Source of the DNA: an uncultured virus (IMG/VR IMGVR_UViG_3300032167_000100)
Taxonomy: Duplodnaviria; Heunggongvirae; Uroviricota; Caudoviricetes
Virus record (IMG/VR): IMGVR_UViG_3300032167_000100
Strand: one strand, 5' to 3'
DNA length: 20,000 bases
The notes under the pieces are model-generated. The model was given only the letters and a program-made list of their open reading frames with translations. It was not told the DNA's origin and made no database searches. Both the position numbers and the translations under genes were made by a program. The first letter of the stretch is position 1. Every line of letters begins with the position of its first letter. Of this stretch, positions 1 to 10,100 are shown piece after piece.

Positions 1-1
1 C

Positions 2-3000
2 ACCCATGTCTTCGGATTTATCTGTGAAGAGACCGACCAATTCCCACCACATGTTGGGAAGACCAGTTCCTTCAGTAACTTCTGCACCACCGTTACAGTT
101 CGAGTAAGAAGATCCGGTAGGATATTCAAGCTTGGTATGCTTACATTCACCAACCTGAATCCACTTCTCAGTAACAACACCTTCACCTCTATCAATATCG
201 AGAGAAAGCTTAGCGTTATAAGGCGTAGAGGTAGTACAGTCAGATGTATCGAGATATCCTTCTCTACCAAGAGCAGCGAGCTCATACCAAGTAAGGTTAC
301 AGAGTCTGTCATCCATATTGTAAGCAGTACGGGTTACGTTCTCTGTATCAAGGTCGAGACGGATTCGATAAGTCTCATACTTCCATCTGGGAGGAAGTAG
401 GAAGAGTCTGATACCGGTACCATCCTGGAGATAACCGAGCTTAGTATTCAGATGAGCCTGAAGGACTTCATCATTTGTAAGTGCGGCACCAGAAGGATAG
501 CTTACAGCATCATAGTATTTATAAGCTTTATTGTAGTACTCAAGCTTAGTGAGAACTACACCAGCTTCATCTACATTAAAGGAATCAAGACCGTAGCCGG
601 TAGAATGCTTATAACCGAAATCGAAGCGATTAAACTCAACTCTATCCTCGATAAGAATGAGAGAGTTAGCAACGATTTCATCACTAGCAGTTCCACGGAT
701 TATAATCGTATACTCTACGTTCGGTTGTACGTTTCTTGTGAGTACACAGTTTCCTGCGTAAAGAACGTTTTCCGAGATAAAGATCTTGAATCCATTTGTA
801 TGGTTAGAGGGAGAAGCATCGAGAACCATATACATACCAGATGCACCAGTATGTCTGAATCTACAGAGAAGTGTATATTCATCGTTTCTGGTTCTGAAAG
901 TCTTCAGGTTATAACCATGGATAGGAAGAGAAACTTCCTGAATATGGTCAGACGAGGAGATATCGAGTTCCTGAAGCGAGTTACAAGAGTCGAGATAAAG
1001 TGCAGAAACGTTACTACACTCATCGAATGCACCTGCAGCGATAGACTCAATAGACGCCGGAATAACGCTGAAGTTAACCTTGTCACAGTTATAGAATGCC
1101 CTCTCACCGATTTCTTTAATTCCGGAAGGAAGCTCACTGATAGAGAGGTTGGAACAACCTTCGAAGCAGGACCTACCAATTACCTTAAGACTATCAGGAA
1201 GTCTGAAGTCTTTGATAACAGTATTACCTTTGAAGCAAGCTTCTTCAAATTCATCGATCGAACAACCATCCGTAAAGCTCATGTCTTCACAGTGACTGAA
1301 GAAATATTGTGCATCAGCATTCGTGTCCATGTTAAAGACGTCAGGACCGATCGCAACAATGTGACCTTCGGTACCAGTACTATTGATATAAGTAGGACCG
1401 AACATGAAGATTTCCGGAGGCTGAAGACTTTTATTTTTGATAAGATTAGAGTAGTCGACGAGCTTAAATCCGATTTGACCTTCGCCAAGATCTACCTCGT
1501 CAAATGTGAAGTATGTGTCATAGTCTCTACCTTTGGTAGGTTCATATGCCATAAGCTTCTGAATAGAGAACTGAAGTGCTCCCCAACCATTCTCATAACC
1601 ATTAGAAGGTACATAGGCATTAGACAAGCCGCTGTAGAATCTAAAGTTAAGGATAGACGATGCACCGCAATCCTCAAACGCATCTACTGCGATAGATGTA
1701 TTTCCAGCTACACCAGACAAACCGGTACCGTTAGCTGCAGAACCGAAAGAAAGGCTTCCAACAATTCCCACACAACCAGCGAATGCTCGTTTACCGATAG
1801 ATGTTACCGATGCAGGGATATAGCTGAGTGTCATATTTGTACAGGTATCAAATGCATGATCAGGAATAGTTACAAGTCTATTTGAGATCGTTGCCATTCT
1901 CATTGCAGTACAGCTCATGAATGCTTTCGCACCGATTTCAGTTACTGTATTAGGAAGAGCGGCAAAACGAACGTTGTAACAGCCTTCAAATGCAGATTCT
2001 CCGATACGAACAATATTCTCAGGGAATGCAGAGAATGTGACATTGACACAAGACTTAAAGGTACCAGCATTAATAGCCTGAATATTCGGAGGGAATATCG
2101 AGAAGGTTACATTCAAACAAGAGTAGAATGCATACTCTCCAATCGATGTAATTCCATTAGGCAAGCTATCAAAAGAAACTTTCTTACACTCATAGAATGC
2201 GTTTGCCCCGATCTCAGTAAGAGTCGAAGGAAGTTCATCGAATTCTACGTTTGCACAGTTCTTAAATGCGTTGGCACCAATTTTGGTAGTACCAGTAATG
2301 AAGTTAGAGAATGTAACAAGAGTACATCCCTCATAGACTCCATCGGGGATAATTGTCATTCCGGAAGGAAGTTCACTAAATGTTACTTTAGCACATCCAC
2401 TGAAGCATTCTGCAGGGAGAGTTGTCAAGCTTTCCGGAAGTTCAGAAAGGGTAATATTAGCACATCCCTTAAAACACGCATCTCCAAGAGATGCCAAAGT
2501 AGCAGGAAGACTAGCCAATTTAATAGCAGCACAGTTAGTGAAACCATGGCTACCGATTGTAGTCAGTCCTGAAGGAAGTGTGCTCAGACTGATCTTGTTA
2601 CACTCATTGAATGCATAATCGGGAATAGCTGTCAGTACAGAAGGAATTCTGGTAGCTTCCCAATTATTACATCCGTCGAAGCAGTGAGCTCCGATAGTTG
2701 TAACAGTATCAGGAATATCAAAGTTTTCCAAGTTAGTACAACCATAGAAAGCATATGCACCGTAGGTAGTGATATCTTCGGTAATGATAATACTTTCAAG
2801 CTGTTCACAACCAGAGAATGCACCAGCTCCAATTTCACCGGACAGAATTGTTATATTTCTCAATCCTGCAGGCATATAGAAGCTGTGCACGTCGCCGTCT
2901 CCATCGCCATATTTCTGATTAACTACGATAGTAGGCTTATCGCCTGTACCGTACTGATTGGTCGAGAAAATACGACCGAACAGAGCATCAGCAACAGTTG

Positions 3001-4099
3001 ACGGGTCGATATGTCTTCCGACGAAAGGCAACTGCAAGCTTACAAGTGAATACAAACCACTGAGAAGATTCTCGGGAAGCTGAACGATACCTTTAGGAAG
3101 GCTGAGGCTTTCCATATTGATAGCACCAGTAAAGATAGCAGTATCAGCGATGGTATACTCAGGTTTAGCCTGAGAAGTTCCTCTGTCGTATGCAGCAAAG
3201 TATTCATCAAAGTGAGCGTTGATCAGATATGCGTTCTTAGCAACGTTACCAAGCAAGAATGCACCATTGTTTAAGTTCCAAGGACCTCTTGCAATGAACG
3301 AAATTGTATATTCGCCGGGGTTGTAAATATGAGTCAAAGATTCACCAACAATAGGACTTCCGTCTTCGGCAACACCACCACAAACCTGAGAAGTTCCATC
3401 ACCCCAGATGACAGTCATGATACTATCATCGTACTTCTGTACATTGATGGTTACCTCAAATTCACCGGCTGTTGTCTTCTTAATGTCAAAGTGTGTGAAT
3501 CCAGATCCAGTACTCATCTTCTCATACTCGGACTGAGTAATAATAAGGTGAGCATAATTTTGCCAGTTCGGTGCACTTGTATATGCAGTACGAACTGTGT
3601 TACCTACCGAGTCAGGGACAACAAAGATACGGTCTGCACTATTCTCTTCGAATGTGTTCATACCGATCTCGGGAGGAGTAGTTCTTGTCATAAGGACGAA
3701 TTTAATACCCTTACAACCATAGAAAGCGTAATCCTGAATGATTTCCACTGAATCGGGGATGGATACTCTTTGAATATCCGTATTCATGCTAAAAGCATGG
3801 GTTCCGATAACGGTAACAGGAAGATCGCCGTTATCGTAGTATTTAGGAATACCGAGCAAGGTCTGACCTTCGAATGCTGTCGTATATCCGTTTCCGGCAC
3901 TATTTGTACCTTTACCTACACGATAGCGGGAAATATCAGAACCAGAAGCAGCGGCATTGCTCGCATTCAGACCATCATACACAAGACCTTTTGAACCGGA
4001 GTAGTACAATCTATTTCTATATGTAGTTCCCCATGTATTGTGATCGAGGTAATCATAGTACTGAGAATACGGGACAAATATTTTTCCCTGATTCTTCAT
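2..4099 (-). CDS. Large BspA-type leucine-rich-repeat protein (>1366 aa, 3' end outside the window), probable virion adhesin/receptor-binding protein
   Basis: Absent from the ORF track because no stop occurs before the window edge. ATG at 4099, AGGAGG 6 nt upstream. Hand translation starts MKNQGKIFVPYSQYYDYLDHNTWG and ends ...PNMWWELVGLFTDKSEDMG. It has a regular array of about 23-aa LRR_5 repeats (e.g. LPSTLTEIGANAFYECKKVSFDS, ~1750-2850) and a PKD-like IWGDGT module (~3270-3480). The + strand shadow ORFs 137..400, 452..1885, 2684..3001 and 3329..3751 share its codon register. Confidence 0.9.
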   Translation of the reverse strand, partial: MKNQGKIFVPYSQYYDYLDHNTWGTTYRNRLYYSGSKGLVYDGLNASNAAASGSDISRYRVGKGTNSAGNGYTTAFEGQTLLGIPKYYDNGDLPVTVIGTHAFSMNTDIQRVSIPDSVEIIQDYAFYGCKGIKFVLMTRTTPPEIGMNTFEENSADRIFVVPDSVGNTVRTAYTSAPNWQNYAHLIITQSEYEKMSTGSGFTHFDIKKTTAGEFEVTINVQKYDDSIMTVIWGDGTSQVCGGVAEDGSPIVGESLTHIYNPGEYTISFIARGPWNLNNGAFLLGNVAKNAYLINAHFDEYFAAYDRGTSQAKPEYTIADTAIFTGAINMESLSLPKGIVQLPENLLSGLYSLVSLQLPFVGRHIDPSTVADALFGRIFSTNQYGTGDKPTIVVNQKYGDGDGDVHSFYMPAGLRNITILSGEIGAGAFSGCEQLESIIITEDITTYGAYAFYGCTNLENFDIPDTVTTIGAHCFDGCNNWEATRIPSVLTAIPDYAFNECNKISLSTLPSGLTTIGSHGFTNCAAIKLASLPATLASLGDACFKGCANITLSELPESLTTLPAECFSGCAKVTFSELPSGMTIIPDGVYEGCTLVTFSNFITGTTKIGANAFKNCANVEFDELPSTLTEIGANAFYECKKVSFDSLPNGITSIGEYAFYSCLNVTFSIFPPNIQAINAGTFKSCVNVTFSAFPENIVRIGESAFEGCYNVRFAALPNTVTEIGAKAFMSCTAMRMATISNRLVTIPDHAFDTCTNMTLSYIPASVTSIGKRAFAGCVGIVGSLSFGSAANGTGLSGVAGNTSIAVDAFEDCGASSILNFRFYSGLSNAYVPSNGYENGWGALQFSIQKLMAYEPTKGRDYDTYFTFDEVDLGEGQIGFKLVDYSNLIKNKSLQPPEIFMFGPTYINSTGTEGHIVAIGPDVFNMDTNADAQYFFSHCEDMSFTDGCSIDEFEEACFKGNTVIKDFRLPDSLKVIGRSCFEGCSNLSISELPSGIKEIGERAFYNCDKVNFSVIPASIESIAAGAFDECSNVSALYLDSCNSLQELDISSSDHIQEVSLPIHGYNLKTFRTRNDEYTLLCRFRHTGASGMYMVLDASPSNHTNGFKIFISENVLYAGNCVLTRNVQPNVEYTIIIRGTASDEIVANSLILIEDRVEFNRFDFGYKHSTGYGLDSFNVDEAGVVLTKLEYYNKAYKYYDAVSYPSGAALTNDEVLQAHLNTKLGYLQDGTGIRLFLLPPRWKYETYRIRLDLDTENVTRTAYNMDDRLCNLTWYELAALGREGYLDTSDCTTSTPYNAKLSLDIDRGEGVVTEKWIQVGECKHTKLEYPTGSSYSNCNGGAEVTEGTGLPNMWWELVGLFTDKSEDMG

Positions 4100-4105
4100 G
4101 AGTTT

Positions 4106-4111
4106 CCTCCT
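4106..4111 (-). promoter_or_regulatory. Shine-Dalgarno AGGAGG for the CDS starting at 4099
   Basis: Minus strand reads TTC AGGAGG AAACTC ATG. Confidence 0.8.
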
Positions 4112-4115
4112 GAAT

Positions 4116-4154
4116 AAAAAATTTCTCTAAGGGACCATATAGATCCCTTAGAGA
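4116..4154 (-). terminator. Intrinsic terminator-like hairpin between the two giant ORFs
   Basis: Minus strand TCTCTAAGGGATC-TATAT-GGTCCCTTAGAGA (13-bp stem with one G-U pair, 4124-4154), followed by AATTTTTT. Confidence 0.65.
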
Positions 4155-4171
4155 TTTGTAGTACTTAATTA

Positions 4172-7100
4172 TTAGAAAGTCGTGCTCGTTACGCTAGGTA
4201 TTGCATCAGTATCCAGAATTACTCTATAGAGTTCATTACAGCTATTGAATGCATTTGCACCAAGCGATTGGATCTTTTCGAGCGTTACGTTAGGAAGCGA
4301 GCTACATCCGGCAAATGCGCCACTCTGAATTTCTTCAACGTTGTTAAGGTTGATATATTCCAGATGTGAACAGTAAGCGAATGCATTCGAACCAATTACA
4401 GTAACAGATTTAGGCAGGTTTACAGCAACCATTTCTGCATTACTACAGTTGGTCATGAAGTTATTACCCACCTTGGTATATTTGCTCAGATACATGCCAG
4501 GGAGAGAGATCGTCTTCATACCAGTAGCGCCATAGAACATATTTGCTCCGTAGTCTTCAATATGCTCATCAAGGATGGCAGAATTGATACGAGAGTTGTA
4601 GCTCTGGCTACCGAGAATATAAGTACCGCACTTCCAATTGCCTCTGTTGACAATCTTGATAGTAAAGGTATTCTTCTCACTAGTATCGTAAAGACAATGC
4701 TTAGGTTCTCCGACATATTCACCGTCAACAGTAGCTATAGTATAGTTATATCTCATCTCCTGCTTACCATCTGCATTTGTATATACCCAAGTATTATACT
4801 CTGCATTAGTAAGTACATAACGGTTATGATTATAATTCTTCTCATACTGATCGGAATGTGTACGGTTTGCTCTGTTGAACTGAACGCCAACACCGAGAAT
4901 CTTGCCATTACCATCCACTGCCCTATCGACAGGAATGTTGCCTTCAGCATCGGGTTCGCCACAGTAAGAAGTCCACGAATAAGTTCCATCACCCCAAATG
5001 ATCGTAGTCAATTCAGGTTTGTAGATGGTTTCTTCGTGACCAGTTGTATTATTAAATTTGGTAACCGGTGTCGGATACTTGGTAATTGAAATACCAAAGT
5101 TGTCATTCATATTAACAGTTACCTCAAGAGTAGTGATACCACTCTCAAAATCATCCTTATCAATGATAAAGATCTCATAAGTTGACCAGTTGGTAGCATT
5201 TACGAAGTTAGGTGTTGCGTCCTTAGGAACGACAAAGAGTCTATCATAAGCATTATTTTCAAATGCATCGATATTAACCATAGCAACGTTGCTACCCATA
5301 CTTGCACTCATATTAACTGTCGAAAGAGATGTACAACCGTAAAAGGCTTTGCTACCAATCGAATTGACACCAATACCGATATCTGCACTTGTAAGTCTTT
5401 CAGATCCTTCAAATGCCGAAGTACCAATGGTCTCAACGGCTGCAGGAATCTTGATACTGGTAAGTCCACACTGATAGAATGCTTTATTACCAATAGACTT
5501 ACAGGTCTCAGGGATTGCAAGAGTTTGAGTTCTTACTCCCGCAAATGCAGAAGGTCCGATACTCAAGAGGTTAGATCCCATCTCAAAGCTAATCGAGTAG
5601 GGAAGGTTATTTCCAGTAGGTGCTACGCCATAGAATGCATTAGGACCAATATAGTCCACACTTGCAGGAATTACGAATCCACCAGTTCCGGTATTATCCG
5701 TAAAGTTTACAAGGTTAGTACATCCATAGAAGCACTCTTCAGGAATAGATTCAATTGTATTAGCAAGACGAATACCAGAGAGGTTAGCACACATATAGAA
5801 GGATCTCTCACCAAGTTCAGCAAGTTCACCCTCAAACTTAAGGTTAGCATTCGAGCATCTCCAGAACATATCGTCTGTTACCTGAACGATAACAAAGCTG
5901 ATAGTTGCCGAAGCGAGTCCTGCCGCACCGTAGAATGCGTGGTCTCCGATACGAGTCAAAGCGGTGGTAAATGCAAACTTCGAATTCTTTACACCATAAC
6001 AAGCATAAGGTCTTACGATAGTTGTGTTACCATTGATTATGATCTGGCTTGTGTTGGACTTACCCATAGGATATGCAACAAGTTCAGTGTAAGAATTAGC
6101 ATACAAGATACCATCTACACTATTGAACTTAGCATTACCTGTACAAGCGATAGAATTCAGCTTGGGAGGTGTTCCAATATAGTTACCATTTGCATCCAGC
6201 TCAGAGATCATGAATGCACGATCATAAATAGTTTTAACGTTCTGGGTAATAGCGATCTGTTCCATATTTACACAACCCTTGAAGCAGTCGTAGTAAATAC
6301 CAACAGTGGACTCAGCAAGAGTATTGTTCGCAACATCGGGATCAACCGTAGAGATAGCCCAGAGATACTGGTTTGTCGAGTTGCCGAGGTACTTGATATT
6401 ACCAGAAGTATTATATTGAATTGCAGTATTTTTAAGAGCGTCTACACCGATTTCTTCAAGAGATGCAGGAACTGCAAGTGTGGCAAGGTTGGCACATCCG
6501 TTGAATACCGAATCACCAATAGATACAACACCGGCAGGAAGTTCTACACTAGTCAAGCTAGAGCATGCAGCGAATGCACCGGCTCCAACGTTACGAAGTG
6601 TAATAGCAAAACTCAATCCATTAATGGTAGAAAGTCCAGTACAGTTAGCAAATGCACCAACACCAATATCAGAAATCGGGCAGTTGCCGTCGATTGTAAA
6701 GGTCTGGAGACTTGCAATGTTCTGGAATGCACCGAACGGAATGCGTTCTGTCTTAAGCAGATGAATCTCTCTGATCGAGCTAGGAATATAGTATTCCTCA
6801 AACTCGGTCTCATTGAAGTATTGAGTTGTAGGTGCGATATTAGATTCCTTCATAAGATCAACGTAATCTCTGTTATAAACCATGATGTTGTCATCGTTCA
6901 TAATCGAAGTGATTACATAAGGTGTCGATCCATTCGGGAAGGTATAGTAAGTTTCTTTATAGGTAGCTCCCTCAGTGATTTCAACGATAGTGTCATAGCC
7001 CTGAGATGCAACAGAGTTACGGATGTAGATGCTACTTCCGCTAGGTCCTGCTACAAACTTGAGCATGTTTACCATTACAGGAACTTCAGGCGTTCCAGTG

Positions 7101-10100
7101 TTAACATCGACAGACATAATAGTTGTCTCTGTACCATAAGAAATGGCTTTTTCTGTATCAAAGAAGATGGTCTTTCCAGTAAGATTATCACCAACCTTAA
7201 CAGAGTCAGGGTTGATCTGATAACCGAAGAAGTATCCGAATACAGAGTCATATGTCTTATTAGAGTCTTTAGTTCTGCCGACATAGGGAACTTTCATGAT
7301 TTGAATTGCGTTACATTTATTGAATACAAAGTCGCCGATATACTCTACCGATACAGGAAGAGCAACCGTTGTAATATTCTGGCAGTTATAGAATGCGTAG
7401 TCTTCGAGTCTCTTAAGTCCCTCATTAAAGGTAACCGTTCCAACACCGCAGTTAGCAAATGCATAAGACTGGATAATCTCTGCACCAGTGCCAAGTACCA
7501 CAGTATTGACAGCACTACAGTTCTCAAAGACAGATTCCTCGATAACTTTTACGTTATTAGGAATAGTAACCGTACCAGCAATAGCTGTACCCTTGAAGGC
7601 TTTGCTATTGATATACTTTGTATTAGACGACGCTTCCATCGTCAAATTTGTAAGAGTTATAATGCCTTCACAAGCAGATTCTGCAATAAGCAGAGTGCTG
7701 CTGTCAACGGGAAGTCTGGTAGTTCCACTCTCAACACAGAGGAGATACTTACCATTGTTAGAATCAAGATAGAGTGCCTTACCGCCACCGGTGGATACCC
7801 AGTGTTTATCAGTAGTATGAGTAGCAGCCTCTTCATAAGTACCAGCAAATGCAGTACCATTAAAGACAGTCTTACCCGTACCGATATATTCAAGGTCAAT
7901 ACCGTTTGCAAGAGTTACCGTTGCAAGATTCCTACATCCGTTAAATGCACCAGCATTAATTCTCTTTGTAGATCTTGGAATAGTAATTTCGGTGAGATTT
8001 TCACAACCGCCAAATGCACTCAAACCGATTTCACGGAGAGAGCCAGGAAGCGTGATATTTTCAGCTGTGCTAGACTGGAATGCATAGCTACCGATTACCT
8101 CAGTCTTAGAAACACTGCCCCAGTTGATATCCATCCTCGAGTTAGCAAATGCATGCTCTTCAATGGTTACCAAGCTATCAGGGATATTTCTTTCTCTGGG
8201 TTGGCAGTTAACTTTCATATATTCACTTGCACAGTTATTGAATGCGTACTTACCAATATTTGTAATAGTCGGGTTACCCGTCCACATGATAGTGGCAGTA
8301 CAGTTGTTAAATACATTCTCACCAAGATGCTTTACAGAGTCAGGGATTTCAATTGTCTGCAGGTCGGTACATCCAGAGAATACTTCGTTTCCGATATATT
8401 CAACTTCAGAACCGGTTTCAAAGTAGACAGCAGTTACACCTCTACCACCAGCAAACATCGAGCTGAAGAGTCTATCTCCCAGAGCCTTGATCGGAATACC
8501 ATCAATAGCCTTAGGAATAACGAGCTCAGTATTTCCAGTCTCAGTAAATGCAGATTCGACTTTCGTCAATTTATAGGAAAGCGGGTTTCCATTACCGTCG
8601 CTCTCATAAGCCTCGTAACCATCCTTATAGAATGCAGGGTTCAGAGGAGCAGAGGTATAACCCGAGATAAAGTGTGAATAGATACATTCGTTCTTAGAAA
8701 TGCTCGGAACCACAGGAGACCAGTGGGAGAACATAAGGTTACCATTAGTAGGATACTCAGGGTTGTTATATTCAGGCATATCACCTTCATCAACGAACTC
8801 TGTATAGATATCCTCATAACCGATAATATGACAAGTGAAATTATCAGTAGAACAGATCTGGTTATTAACGATGATCTGTGCACCACTTGCGTCATACCAG
8901 TAACCGGTAGATTGAGCGTCAGCAGGAGGCTGTGCTCTGATACCATCGGAAGAGGTATAAACGATGTTGCCATTGTTATCTTTAAGAACGACTTTGTGAG
9001 TTACAGAAGAGTACATAGCAAGTGTATTATCCGCATTACGGATCCACATGTCATATGTAGCAATTCTCTTATAACGGTTATTTACACCGTCTGTCTGCAC
9101 ATATCGGATATGACCTTGGTCATTATATTCCTCAAGTGCAAGATAGTAGTCAGAAGGCGAGTAAGAGGTGATAGCACCATCTACACACCAGTAACTAGAG
9201 ACGAGAGATGCTTTAATCTCAACAGAGTCAGTAATTACAGGAGCATTGTCACCTTCAATAGGTTGGTTAGTGTTTGTAGCCAACAGAACAGGGCGGAACA
9301 TCGACTTGTTGATATTATTAGCTCCATTACCAAATGTATCGGTAAGAAGCTCGCAATACCAAGTAGCATCGCCTTCCTCAGCCACGGTACGAACTACTTC
9401 CTGGATATATCCATTGGCACCTGTGGTACCTTCAACCTGAACGTCGGTTGCATTTGTTTTATAGTAGGTTGCATAGAAGAAGTTTGCAGATTCACCAAAA
9501 GTAAATCTAAGAGAACCATCGGCAATGTAGCTTGCCCAGTAGTCAGTCCAAAGCTCTTGGTTAACCTTCGAGACATTATTAACGATGATACTACCAGTAA
9601 GTACACACTTATCGATTTCTCCACCAGCTTCGGTCAAACCTCCACAAGCCATGAGTTTATTAAGAACATCCTTACCATCAAGTACCCAGTTGACATTAAT
9701 CAGACGAGCATACTTGAGGTTAGTTGCCTTCATTACCAGTTCAGGAATCTCAATACCTGCAACATCCTGGAGATACAGGTGAGTCAGGTTACTGTAATCC
9801 TCGAGACTCAAGTTCTCGATATACTTCTGGTTCTGAAGTTTGAGAGTTGTGATAGATCTAGGAAGCTTCATAACTCTAAGAGATCCGCCGTTAGGAACCA
9901 AGATCGAAGGAACGTTGGTACCAACTGCATAGATTTCCTGAATATTTGTGCATCCGGTCATATCGATAGAACCTGTGAGTGCATCGCAGTTACTAATGTC
10001 AAACTTCTGGAGAAGCGGCAGGTTAATAGTGGACATATACTCAGAGGTCAGGTAAGAGTTAGTGTATCCCTCACGAGAAGAACCGATGATAAGGTCCTTA

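Larger units (their letters stand above)
3391..5001. repeat. 21-nt direct repeat (20/21 identical) at 3391-3411 and 4981-5001
   Basis: aagttccatcacccca(g/a)atga, encoding the IWGDGT motif in both giant ORFs; the copies are 1590 nt apart and in frame. Confidence 0.75.

Noticed and set aside
1750..2850. CRISPR array or DNA tandem repeat
   Set aside because: The ~69-nt periodicity comes from degenerate protein-level LRR repeats; there are no identical repeats with unique spacers.
4100..4174. Simple stop-codon readthrough, genetic-code reassignment or sequencing error joining the giant ORFs
   Set aside because: The spacer has four in-frame stops (TAA, TAA, TAA, TAG) plus an organised hairpin and SD, and TAA terminates other genes here normally.
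4100..4174. Self-splicing intron or MITE
   Set aside because: 75 nt is too short for a group I/II core, and I see no terminal inverted repeats or target-site duplication.
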